Source: Planctomycetota bacterium
GTDB taxonomy: Bacteria; Planctomycetota; Planctomycetia; JALXBF01
DNA: 64,000 bases
Reading direction: 5' to 3'
NCBI GenBank assembly: GCA_026991575.1
Contig: JALXBF010000183.1
Location: 1 to 64,000 of the forward strand
Shown here: piece by piece, positions 28,499 through 39,600 of the stretch
How the letters are laid out: each line of letters starts with the position of its first letter
Position numbering within the stretch: position 1 is the stretch's first letter
Notes under the pieces: model-generated
Seen by the model: the letters and a program-made list of their open reading frames with translations, nothing else
What the model was told of the DNA's origin: nothing
The model's database searches: none
Position numbers and translations under genes: made by a program

Positions 28499-30619
28499 TC
28501 AGTTGCTTTCGCGAGCCACAAGCACCTCCTGGATGACGCCTTCCAGGATCTGATCGCCGTGATGTTCGACGATTCGTTCGATCTGGTCGCGCGACAGGCC
28601 GGCCTGCTGCGCTTGACGGACCAAGTCCGCTGCCCGTGCAAAGTAGCGTTTCCTGGCGGCGGGGTCGTCGAGTTGCCGTGCCACGGATGCAAAGCAGCGG
28701 GCCGTCTCAATGAACCACTCCGGACTGACCGATCCGGGAGGGTAGCGCTGCAGGAGGGCAAGGGCTCTTTCGGCGTCGGCTAGCGCGGCATCGAGGTTGC
28801 GCACCGAGGTTTTCGATGTGCTGTAGACCAGCGAGCGTGCGATGTACGCGTAGAACTGGGTCGGATCCAGCTCGATCGCTCGGGTGTATTCGGCTACGGC
28901 TTCAGCATCGCGGTCCATGCTTGCCAGCGCAGCGCCTATGTAGTAGTGGGCGATGGCGGGGTTCTCGTAGCCGAGCTCTAGCGCCTTTCGCATCGCCTCA
29001 ACCGCCTTCGCATAGTCCTGCGCACTGTAAGCCTCGGCACCGCGGGCGAACCACTCCGGGGCCGTCTGCGGCTCGTCCTGCTTGAGGCCGTACCATGTGG
29101 CCAGCCCAATTGCTGCCACGGTTGCCGCACCCACTGCAGACAGCGCCAGCCGCCGTCGGTTCCGCCACAAGAACCGCTTGCTACGCAGAAGTGGGCTACG
29201 GCGTGGGTAGCCGGGAATGATTCGGTCGGCCAGGAACTCATCCAGCGCTGAGACAAGCTCCTCGGCCGTGCTGAGCCGGTGTTCGGGGTCGGCGGCCAGA
29301 CACTTTAATAGCAAATAGTCCAGGTCGGGGGGCACAGCCGGGTTACGGCGGCGGAGCGGCTCGGGTCGGCGCAGACGGCTGTCCAGCAGGGTCGCCAGTA
29401 GCCGGTCGCGGTCGTCGATTGGCTCTGGCGTGCCAAAGGGTAGGGCCCCCGTCAGTAGTTCGTAGAACGTAGCTGCCAAACTGAACAGATCTGATCGCGG
29501 GCCGACGCCGGGCCGCTCCGCTGCAGGCGCCTCGCGCCCGCGGCGCAGTGCCTCGATCTGCTCGGGCGGCATGTACGGCAACGTGCCACCGATCACCAGC
29601 GTCTGATGGCCGTCGTCCATGAGGTTGGTCCACGAGAGGTTGAAGTCGACCAGGAGAGGTTGCCCGTCTGCGGTAATCAGGAGGTTGGAAGGCTTCAGGT
29701 CCAGGTGCAGGATGTTCCTCTTGTGGGCATGGCCCAGGGCCGAGGCGGCGTGGCGCATGAGCCAGGCGGTGGCGTAGACGAAATCACGCTCGGCCGGGAA
29801 CCGGTCCGTCCAAGAGGGCACGTGGCTGGGGGCAGGCAAGTCCTTAAGCCGAGCTTCCGCGCCGGTCAGCCAGGCTGATGCGGTACGCGGAAAACGATTG
29901 CCACCGGCCCACGCGGTTGCGACTGTGGCCATCGACACGGCCGCCTGGTAGGGCATGCAGATTGCGGTCAGCCCGGTCGCTTCATCACGGTGGACGCTGT
30001 AGATTGGGACAATGTTCGGATGGGCCAGCCGCGCGAGCGTCTCGTGTTCGTGTGTTGGCCCGGAGGTGATCTTCACGACCACGAGCCGGTTGGCCAAGGA
30101 GCTTTGCCGAGCCAGGTACACGCGGGCGAATGCCCCCTGGCCGAGCAGCTTCACGAGTTCAAAGTCGAGGAACCGCTCACCGGGTTCCGGCAGCCATGAT
30201 CCCGATCGGGCCAACCAGGACAAGGCCGATGGGTTGCTGGCCAGCATGCTGTGCAGGCAGAACAGACGGGCGAGCGAGTTCTGCAGCGACGGGAAGCGTT
30301 GGGCGTAATCATCCAGGCCTGGCGTCTCACCCCGTGCCTTCCGGGCACAGTACTCGGCGTAGACAAGGTCTGCCAGCAGCTCGGGGTCTTCGCGCAAAAC
30401 AGGGAACCGCTCCAGGTACTGCTCCAGCCGTACCGGTTCGCCGTGGGCAATGCGTTCGCGCAGTTCCCGGGCCACCGCACCCGCCAGGGTGGCAGCCGAT
30501 GGCGATGGCGTGCGGGCTAGTAGCTCCGAAAGCCGCTCCCGGACGGGCGTTGCCGACCAGCTATCGGACGTCCTGACCGATTGGCCCGAACGCCTACTTG
30601 CGTCACTCGGCTGCATCAC
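28499..30619 (-). CDS. Hanks-type Ser/Thr protein kinase with a TM helix and C-terminal TPR repeats
   Basis: LGQGAFARVY, VVVK, HLDLKPSN, DFN (in place of DFG), GTLPYMPPEQ and SDLFSL. TM LALSAVGAATVAAIGLATWYGL, then TPR helices. Confidence 0.92.
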   Translation of the reverse strand: MMQPSDASRRSGQSVRTSDSWSATPVRERLSELLARTPSPSAATLAGAVARELRERIAHGEPVRLEQYLERFPVLREDPELLADLVYAEYCARKARGETPGLDDYAQRFPSLQNSLARLFCLHSMLASNPSALSWLARSGSWLPEPGERFLDFELVKLLGQGAFARVYLARQSSLANRLVVVKITSGPTHEHETLARLAHPNIVPIYSVHRDEATGLTAICMPYQAAVSMATVATAWAGGNRFPRTASAWLTGAEARLKDLPAPSHVPSWTDRFPAERDFVYATAWLMRHAASALGHAHKRNILHLDLKPSNLLITADGQPLLVDFNLSWTNLMDDGHQTLVIGGTLPYMPPEQIEALRRGREAPAAERPGVGPRSDLFSLAATFYELLTGALPFGTPEPIDDRDRLLATLLDSRLRRPEPLRRRNPAVPPDLDYLLLKCLAADPEHRLSTAEELVSALDEFLADRIIPGYPRRSPLLRSKRFLWRNRRRLALSAVGAATVAAIGLATWYGLKQDEPQTAPEWFARGAEAYSAQDYAKAVEAMRKALELGYENPAIAHYYIGAALASMDRDAEAVAEYTRAIELDPTQFYAYIARSLVYSTSKTSVRNLDAALADAERALALLQRYPPGSVSPEWFIETARCFASVARQLDDPAARKRYFARAADLVRQAQQAGLSRDQIERIVEHHGDQILEGVIQEVLVARESN

Positions 30620-31202
30620 GTTGCTGCTTCAGTTCCTGCTGAGCGGAGCTAACCACACGCCGAGCGGTTCGCTCATCTAGCCCGAGTTGCTCGGCAATCT
30701 CTACAAAGGTGTATCCCTGTGCTCGCAGCATCAGGATCTGCCGGTGTACCTGCTTGCGCCGTCGTAACAGCTGCTCGAATTCCTCGCGGGCTGCCACGAC
30801 ACGGCTCGGCGTCGGATCGGCTGCGTCCAGTGCAGGGCCCGTCTGTTCCTCGTCTCCATCGACCGGAACCTCCAGTTCCATGTTTTTTTTCTGGCTCCCC
30901 AGGTGGCGACGGACCTCGTCGATCACCTTGCCACGGGCTACCACCGCCAGGAACTGAGCGAACCGTTCCGGGCTTGCAAAGTCGACCTCGCCCCGGGCTA
31001 GCTTGCCAAAGACATCCCCCCACACCGACTGGACAAAATCCATCGAGTCAAACCGGGTGCGAAGGCGATCGGGCAGCTTCATCCGTACGATCCGCCGTAC
31101 GTGTGGCTCAAATTGCGCCACCAACTCCTTGGCCGCTTCCTCATCGCCCTGCCGTGCCTTTTCGATGAGTCGTTGCAGAATCTCCCGGTTCGGCCCGCTC
31201 AT
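30603..31202 (-). CDS. ECF sigma-70 factor of the kinase-associated planctomycete type
   Basis: GDEEAAKELV, DSMDFVQSVW, linker DPTPSRVV and region-4 HTH GYTFVEIAEQLGLDERTARR. GGAGG RBS. Overlaps the kinase start. Confidence 0.9.
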   Translation of the reverse strand: MSGPNREILQRLIEKARQGDEEAAKELVAQFEPHVRRIVRMKLPDRLRTRFDSMDFVQSVWGDVFGKLARGEVDFASPERFAQFLAVVARGKVIDEVRRHLGSQKKNMELEVPVDGDEEQTGPALDAADPTPSRVVAAREEFEQLLRRRKQVHRQILMLRAQGYTFVEIAEQLGLDERTARRVVSSAQQELKQQRDAAE

Positions 31203-31549
31203 GCACGCCCAACCTCCGGTACTTCGCCAACGTGCCGCTTCCACCCCGAAACTCATCCCTTAGTGTACCAGAACAGCCGACACGGTTCGAAGGGGCCGGC
31301 AACACGGCACGCTGGCAAATTAGCCAAGCCCTACTGGCCGCACCGGCAGCAGCAACGATGCCGACTGCGGCAACAGGTGTCGGACGCGCGACGTAGAGCA
31401 GGGGGGCCAGACCGGGCGCAACAGCAGCGGCCGGAGCCGACGCTCCGGCCGCCGCTCGGGCGGGTCGTGAGGCGGCGGTTGGTGTGGTTGCTATGGTGCG
31501 ACGTCAGACCGCTCACGACCCGTAGCTCGACACGCCAGGCGGGCGCGTG

Positions 31550-31789
31550 TTAGGGAGTGCTGGAGCCGCTGTCGCTCGTGCTGGTGTCGGTGCCGCCGTC
31601 CGTGGTCGAACTATCGCCGCTGTCACCGCCACCACTGCTGGGCGGCGGCGGAGGATCGGGCCACGGCATCGGATATGGCACCGCTCCCGGCAGAACGCGG
31701 CCACCGAGTTGCTCCATGTGCAGGAGTGGACGCTTGGGCCGCCGCACACGACTGCGGTCGCGGCCAAAGATCAAGTCGAATAAGGACAT
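31550..31789 (-). CDS. 79-aa microprotein with a planctomycete export-type leader and a Pro/Ser/Gly/Asp-rich tail
   Basis: GGGGGA RBS. Basic leader ending HMEQLGGRVLP resembles the LEQLE.RVLL leaders of two neighbouring genes. Confidence 0.6.
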   Translation of the reverse strand: MSLFDLIFGRDRSRVRRPKRPLLHMEQLGGRVLPGAVPYPMPWPDPPPPPSSGGGDSGDSSTTDGGTDTSTSDSGSSTP

Positions 31790-32244
31790 GTGAGTCCCCC
31801 CTAGAACGAACACACCAACAGACCGACATGCAGGGAACGTCTCTGGGGTCGAGCTGCAAACCGGCGCCGAGATGCAACCAGTCCCCCGTTCGGCCGGCGT
31901 CCGCGAATGACGTGCTTTTCACCGGCCACTGAAACGTACCATCTCCTTCGCCCCAGAGCGGCCGCGTCCGCAGAAATCACACCGCTACAACTGTGACGGC
32001 ACTTCCAACCGGACCCCAGGCACCCCGATCACTGCGGAAATCGCTCAAGTGGGTCGTCCGATTGACCCGCGGTCGCCAACCCCCGATCCTGTGATCCAGT
32101 CCACGATCCGGGCCGATCGCCTTCTCCCTCTTGCGTTAGCGGTATGCTGGATCCGGTCCCAGCGGGTCCCCCGCTCTCAAAGCGAGCGCGACGACCGGTG
32201 CGCTGCATGCGTCGTGTCGGATGGCTGGTACCAAGAAGGGATAA

Positions 32245-33669
32245 GTGATGCTAACCGTAGATGACCGGACCGTGGCTTGCCTTCGGGAGCTCCACGGGGC
32301 GTACGAGGCGCAAGAGGCGACAGGAAAGACCCGGGGCTACATCGCTGCTCACGCCGTCTCGTTACTCGGCCCACTGTCGCCTTGGTGGCTCACCTTGCAT
32401 GCACTCCGTCTTGCTCGCGACGCCCGGCCCGATCTTGTCCCCGAGCGGTACCTGGATACCGCTGCTGAGCCGACCGGACAGCCGGGACTCTGCTTCACAC
32501 TGTTCGCCTGGTGTTGCGAGTTGAAGCCGGCGCCCGGTGACCAGACACTGCTGCGGCCATCCGTGGTGCTTCCGGTGCGCTGGCGCCGAGGCCATCGGCA
32601 CGATCGGACGCTGCCGGCGGGATTGCTGGACGTGGCCGACCGTGTTCGCCGCTTGATGAACGCGGATGATTTCGGGCTGACCTGGCCTGACCGGCTCACA
32701 GGCCTTGATGCATCCGGCCTGTCGGCCACAGCCGATTCCGCGTTCGTCGCACTTGCTGCCGGCCTGCTTCTGGCGAAACACTCCGGCGAGGGCCGACCCA
32801 ATCCAAGGGTCTGGGCGACCGGTGCCTGGGACGAGCAGGACCGGGAGGTGGACCGGGTCGAGCAGGTGGAAGCCAAGATCCAAACGTGCATCCAATTCGG
32901 AGCCGAACGGATCTTCGTGCCTGCTGACGACGCGCGGCGGGCACGACGCTACGTGCGTAAGTTGGCACGCGATCCGGACATCATCCAACCGCTTCCGGTA
33001 CAGGCCGACCTGGACCGAGTAGTCGGCACGGTTGCCGTCGAGTTCTGGCTGGAGCCTCCGGTGGATGCACGGCTCAATCTGCTCATCTCCTATTACAACT
33101 TCCTGGCACGCTACGGCCGACACCGCCTGACGGACTTTGCCCTGAAACGGCTCATCAATGCAAGGGCCCAGCGTTGCAGGGAGCGGTTACCTGAGAGCCT
33201 GAAGTTACTGCCAGATCGTAATCCGGTGCTCGTCACAACGCTCAGTCTGGCTCCCGACCTGATCGAGTTGGCACAGGCTGTGTTTCGGCCCAGGCACGTC
33301 GTGTTGATCTACCTGCCTCGGGACCCAGGGCCGCGCAAGCGCTATGGCAGGCTGATCGAGCAGTGGAAAAACCGGGTTTCGGTCGACGAGTACGCGTTCG
33401 AGCCAGACGATACGCAACGACCTGACCGCTGGGCTAAAGGCCTGTACGAGCACCTGACCACCAAGTTCGCGAACGCGCCGATCCTGGTCGACCACACGCC
33501 TGGGCCGAAGCCGGTATCTGTGGGACTGCTAGTGGCTGCGCCACCCGGCGTGCATCACATCTACTTGGACCACCGGTACACGGCTGACTCGGTGCCGGAG
33601 CCGTTGCCGGTGGGTTACGTGGATTTCTCTCAGTTCCTGGCAGGGCGAACCATCGGTGGCCGGCCCTAG
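32245..33669 (+). CDS. Putative Lon-type (S16) protease domain fused to a C-terminal CARF domain
   Basis: ADS165AFVALAAGLL...VWATG...VEQVEAK211IQTCIQFGAERIFVP parallels the Lon Ser-Lys domain. VLVTTLSLAPDLI...RPRHVVLIY...ILVDHTPGPKPVS matches CARF motifs I and II. No AAA+ module. Confidence 0.75.
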   Translation: MMLTVDDRTVACLRELHGAYEAQEATGKTRGYIAAHAVSLLGPLSPWWLTLHALRLARDARPDLVPERYLDTAAEPTGQPGLCFTLFAWCCELKPAPGDQTLLRPSVVLPVRWRRGHRHDRTLPAGLLDVADRVRRLMNADDFGLTWPDRLTGLDASGLSATADSAFVALAAGLLLAKHSGEGRPNPRVWATGAWDEQDREVDRVEQVEAKIQTCIQFGAERIFVPADDARRARRYVRKLARDPDIIQPLPVQADLDRVVGTVAVEFWLEPPVDARLNLLISYYNFLARYGRHRLTDFALKRLINARAQRCRERLPESLKLLPDRNPVLVTTLSLAPDLIELAQAVFRPRHVVLIYLPRDPGPRKRYGRLIEQWKNRVSVDEYAFEPDDTQRPDRWAKGLYEHLTTKFANAPILVDHTPGPKPVSVGLLVAAPPGVHHIYLDHRYTADSVPEPLPVGYVDFSQFLAGRTIGGRP

Positions 33670-33699
33670 CACGCCCCGAGGCAACCGGTCACTGCGCTG

Positions 33700-36600
33700 C
33701 TACAGGCTACCGAGCAAGTCGGCAATTGCCTCGTCGACCGTCAGCTCATAGTCACCGCGCTGGCCGGCATGCCCTTCGACCCGGACCCAATAGCGGCCGG
33801 CGGACAGCTCCAGCACCATGTCGTACCGGTAGGTGGGATCGGCGGCCTCTGCTGTGGCCAGCCGGCCCAGCACGCTGCCGTCGGCTGCAATCACGGTCAA
33901 GACCGAATCGAAGCCCAGCGTTCGGTTGTCGACCTTGATGCGATACGTCCCGTTCGCAGTGACCTCAAAGCTGAACATGTCCCGGTCGCGTGCCCGCTCG
34001 ATCCGTCCGGCGCCAATCCATAGCACCCGGGTGCCGAACGGCACACGTTCCATCCGTGTCGCGCGTGCGCGTGAGCCGGCATGGTCGTCGCGAGCGGGCT
34101 TCAGATACTGGGCCGATAGCACGTAATCACCCACTGTGTTACGCTGGCCGCGTACGAGAATTCGGTACTGCCGCCCTTGCCGGACGGTGAACTCCACATG
34201 GCTATCCAGCGTGCCACCATAGTTGCCGTTCCGGGCGACCGTGCGCTTTCCGAGTTTGACCACGATCATCGGGTCCAGCGGGCTCTGTGGTGTCGTCACG
34301 TCGATTGCCACGCGGCCATTCTTGACCGCTCGGAACGCATACCAGTCCCTGTCAGTCGGCTCCTCAATGCGGCTGCGTAGGACGACGGGCTCATCGCCGA
34401 CGGGCAACCGGTGTGCCTGACCCGGACGGTCACCGACATCGTCGGCCAATTCAGGGATCTCCGTACCGGCTCCGGCCGGAGGCGGATCGAAATTTCCAAC
34501 GACCGGTTCGGACCGGCGATCGCCAAAGCGGTAGAAAATATCCTGATCGACCAGCGGGATGCCGGGGGTACCGGTCGGAGGTGGTTCGAACTGGCCGTCA
34601 CGGTCAACGTCCAGGAACCATTCTGCCTCGCGCTCCTGTGGGTTGATCTTGAAGATGCCGATCTTCGCCTGGCCGCGCGCGTTCCAGTCTGCTGCTACAG
34701 GCCGCTTCCGTCCGCCCACCGGGGGCGATTCTGCGATGACCAGGTCGCCCGCGTTCCGCTGGAAGTTGTCATCCAGGTCGAGCAGCCACCGGTTTACTGG
34801 TGTTGTGCCCGGCTGGTACGTCCGGTACACACCGACATCGCCGTCGCCATCACCATCCCAATCCCCGGCAACCGGGTGGCCTGCCATGTTCGTGGCGATC
34901 TGCTCACCGGCATCCAGCGTCATGTTACCGTTCAGATCCAGCCACCATGTCTTGTTAAAGTACAGCCCCACTTCGTCCACGCCGTCGCCGTTCCAGTCCG
35001 CGGCGATCGGCTGCGCGTTGACGTTGCCGAAGGTGAAGACGGCATCGCCGCCGTCCAGTGTGCCGTTGCCGTTGACGTCCAGCTCGAACATGTACGTGCC
35101 AGCGCGCAGGCCGTAGACGCCGATTTCATCAAAGCCATCGCCGTCCCAGTCGCCCGTAACCGGCCAGTCTCCCGGCTGCCCGAATCGCCAGACGATGTCC
35201 CGATTCGTGGCGTCCCGGTTGTCCGGGTCAAAGATGCCGTTACCGTTGAGGTCTACGAACCAGAGCCTGTCGTTGAAGACGGCGATCTCGGGCCGTGAGT
35301 CTACGGTGAACCGCCCGACAAAATCTTCACCTGGCACGCCGTCGCCCGAAGGCAGCACCTCGGCAGCGGTTCCAGGGCCGGTCGCCTGCACATCGCCGTC
35401 CAACCGGTTACCAGCTCGATCCGCGAGGCGGTCCGTGATTGTCAGCGTGAAGCGGTCGTCGGGCAGAGGTGTGGCGAAGACCAGGCGAACGGTCGTGCGC
35501 GCGATGTCACCGGCAACGGTTGCGTCGAGAAACAGCACGTCTGTGATCAGGATATGCCCGTTGGCGTCGCCAACGAGGCGGTAGTTGCCGGGTGTCGTGG
35601 CCAGCACCGGGTTGACCGCCGGATACACGAAGCCCACCGCGCCGTTGACCCGCACCGGCTCATCCTCGAACGTGATGTCAATCGCTTGAGTCAGGGGCGT
35701 CGGGCCAAAGGTCGGGGCCAGCGGCTTGGGCGTGAAGACCGGCACGTTCGGCCCACCCGACAGCGGCACGTACTCGATGTTCGTCACCCGTGGCCCGCGG
35801 GTGTCCACGAAGATCTCCAGTGACTGCGGGCTACTAACGTTGCCGGCCAAGTCCTCGGCCGTGACGAAGATGGTCCGCAGGCCGTCCTGCGGGAAGTAGC
35901 TCGGGTCGTTCAGGTCGATTTCGGTGCGGAATTCCCAGAGTCCGCGCGGGAACTGATCAGACCCATCGGTCGGAACCGCGACCGTCTCACCGAGGAACAG
36001 GTCGCTGCCTGGGTCGAGCAGCCCGTCGCCGTTCAGGTCCGCATACACGCGCACGATGGCATTCGCTTCGGCAACACCCCACCAGGTCGGCGTCGTGTCG
36101 GCCGTGATTCTGTCGACGAACGTGTCCGGCTGATCAACGATGCCGGTGTCGGAATCCGGGTGCAGGCCATCATTCGCCACCGACGGCTCACCGAACGCAA
36201 CCGGCGGAGCAACCGTATCGACGAAGATCTCCAGCGACTCGCTTCTCGGACCGAATCCGCGACGTGTCGGATCGGCCGGGTCGGTCATTTCGACACGGGC
36301 AGAAATGAAATGGCTCCCGTCGGGCAGGTCGAGACCGGCTCCGTTGAGCGCGTTGTCGAAATCAAACACATAGACACCCGGAACCGCGCTCGGCTGGGCA
36401 AAGCCGACCGGTTCCTGTGGGTCGATGCCCGGCACCTGTGGGTCGCCCTCCACAAAGACCGCGACGCGATAGCCTGGGGTCGTGTCTGCCGGGTCAATCG
36501 ACGGGTTGAACGGAATCGGAATCACCTCATCCGGGGGATCTTGCGGGCCCGGATTGCCGGGCAGATCCTGCAGCAGGATGGCGTCGTCCAGGCGGAGGAC

Positions 36601-39600
36601 GATGGTCGGTGAGTTGTCGCAAGTGACGTTGTCCGTTTGGTTCCTGCCCGTGTCGCTGTTCAGAGCCGACGGTGGATCATCGGTGCAGTCGTAGTTCGGG
36701 TCGGTTGGCAGATCGTCGAGTTCCAGATCGTATGGCGTGGGGGGGAGGTCGTTGATGATGGTCAAGTCATAGGCGTTTACGACCGGTGATGTCGGGCTTC
36801 CGGCCGGAGCCCCGAAGACTCTCACGTAGTACGTCTCGCCAGCCACGACCGGAATCCGCACCCGCTCGTCATCATCTGTGTCGTTGGTCCCGAACAGCGG
36901 CCCGTTGCCGGCGATGAGGGTGCCGTCCTCGTCGTAGATCTCCAGCTGCAGATCACCGCCAGCCGGGAGTAATGCCGGGTCAAACTGGCGGAAATACGCC
37001 TGCACGTCGAGGGTCCCCGTCTGGTAAGCAACCACACGGAACCAGTCCTCATCGGCCGGCACGAAGCGGTGCTCTCCCCAGTTCGGGAAGATAACAAGAT
37101 TCGACACGTTGATCCGTTCACCCGAACCCAGGAAAGCGGCTGTTGCCCGGAACTGGTTCGGTTCGTACAGGTCCGGGCCCGCGATCAGCAGGTTGTTGTC
37201 TCGGCCGACGCCCGGGTCAGTGATCGGCGAGACGACCTCGATGTCGCGGTAACTGATATCCGGCATCGCAACCGCGTTGCGGTAGACCCGAACGCGACCC
37301 TGGTCCGCGTCGCGGCCGCGGTACAGCACGACGAAATCGCTTGCTGGCAGGGGGGCACCGCCCGCCTGGGCCACGACCAGCGCATCGCTCGCTCCCGGGG
37401 GACCACCGTCGACAGAAACCGAGCGGTTGTACGGCTGACCGTCGGTCGAGGTGGCCGCTGCCGGAGCCGGGATGACCAGGACGGTGTCATTGCCAAGACC
37501 AGCTTCGATCGAGACATGTTCTACCGTATCCGCGAGCTGGACCGGTTTTAGCACCGTGCCCGCTGCGTTTTCCACGGAGACCACTCGTGCTGGGCTGTCC
37601 ACAGTGATCACGTCGTGATTGTTCGTGCCGGACACGACAACGGTGTCGGCCACGGCGTCCAGCAGATCGACGGTGAACGTCCCTGGAATGGCATCGAACC
37701 GGAAGCTTGTCACAAGGCCATCCAGTGTGAACCGCCCGCCGTCAGCGGCATGTGGGCGATACCGTAGTGTGTCGTCGATTACCTCCCGGCCCAGGACCGT
37801 GAGCGTGTCGGCGCCTCCGCCTCCGTCGATCTGGACCGACTCGATGCCGGCAAACGATATCGTGGAACCCACGCCGCTGATTGTTTGAACGTCCAGGTCA
37901 ACGCTGATGGCATCCGCTCCAGCGGTCCCGATCACCTCCAGGCTGTCGCTTTGCCCAGGACCACCACCGTCGACGACAAGGTCCAGGCCGCCGGTGGGGT
38001 AGGCCGCGAGGCTGTCGTCGCCGTCGAGCAGTTCGAAGGTGACCGGGCTGAGCTGATGCAGCACGACGTTTGCTCGGCCCGCGGTCGTGACCACCGAGCC
38101 ACTGATGGCCATTGCGTCCGACTGGTCGGTGCCACGCAGTGTCGCGGTGCCGCCTGTGGCAGGTCCCGCAAGATGTAGCGCCTTCGGCGGCATGGTGCCT
38201 CCGGTCAGTCCGCGGTACCGGATCTCCAGGCCGTCTGCCCACAGCGTGCCACGGTCGGTGGCCACGTCGGGCGCGTGGAGATACTGTTCAGCTTCGGTGA
38301 TCCACAGGTTTGCGGTCGGCCCGGCCACATCGATGGCCAGTGTTTCGGTGCCGATGAACGCCACGGGCGGCTGCGCAATGCCGGCAATCCGGTTGACGCT
38401 GCGGTCGATGGTCACCGCCGCTGCCACACCCGTTGCCTGTAGCGTGTCGGAGCCGGCCTTCAGATCGATGGTGAGCAGGTCGTCGGAGTCCAGCCCGATC
38501 AGCTCGATCGTCGGGCCGACACCGGTGAGCTCGATCCCGGTGCCGACGAGATCCACGGTCAGCACGTCGTCGCTGCCTGTTCCGAGCACGCGCGCGGTCT
38601 GACTGGTCCCCGTGCCGAAGTCGGCAACAATCGTGCGCAAAGCAGTAGTGGTGATGTCCTGCATGACCAGCCCGTCGTCACCAGCATCCAAATCGAGATT
38701 GAGGTCTTCGACACCCGCTAACGTGACGTCCGTTCCATCGACTGTCACCGTGGCGACAGTTCCGTTGGCGCCTAGCACCACCGCTTGGTTACCGCCATCG
38801 CCGACCATCCGGGCCTGGTCTTCGCCGTCTCCCCCGATGAAGTAGTCGGCAGCGTCACCACGCCCCCAGTGCAGGAGATCGGGACCGGCACCCCCGTTGA
38901 AGACGTCTGCGGCACCACCCGACCAGAAATGATCCTCTCCGTCTCCTGCGTCGAACTCAATCGGCGTGCTGGTCACGTTGATCGCATCAACGAGGTCCTT
39001 GCCCGGGCCGGTGCGGATTGTGATCCGGTTCAGGCCCGTTGCGACCACGTCCTGCATGAAGCGAACACGATCGTTGGGCGAGTCGAGTGGGTCGTCATTG
39101 GAGGCCAGGTCAAGAGCCAAGTTGGTAACGTCGTAGAACTCGAGCGTCTCGAACGCCACGCCGCCGCTCGTTCCTGTGATCTTATTCGACGTGTTGGATA
39201 CCTTGACGATCTGGATATCGTCGTTGCTGTTTGGGCTGATGAAAGTAAACTCGGCGAAGCCGCTGATTACGATCGGCTCAAGGTCCTGGAAACGTATGCT
39301 GCCACCGTCCATCTGCAGGGTGCCCGCGCCGGTGACGGCCGGATCGGGCAGATAGCTGCCCACTGACGAGCTACCGATCAGGATGATCCTGTCGCCCCCA
39401 AGGCTGTCGCCGCGCCCGTCGAAATCAATGCCACCTACAGGAATGGACTGCCCGGCGCTGTTGTCCACGACTAACCAATCGGCGTCATCAGACCCGGTGA
39501 TGATCAGCCGCTCGACGGCATCGTATAGTAGCGTCCGGGAAAGCTGGCCATCTAGGAACACCTCCAGCATGGGGCCGTTACGGCGAATCAAGAACTCGTC

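Noticed and set aside
29630..29720. Kinase DFN in place of DFG and HLD in place of HRD, suggesting a pseudokinase
   Set aside because: The catalytic Lys, the catalytic-loop Asp/Lys/Asn and the Mg-binding Asp are all retained, so inactivity is not supported.
34830..35260. Repeated GDWDGDG/DLNGNG-encoding DNA segments
   Set aside because: These are protein-level Ca-binding/FG-GAP-like repeats inside the giant surface protein, not a DNA repeat element.
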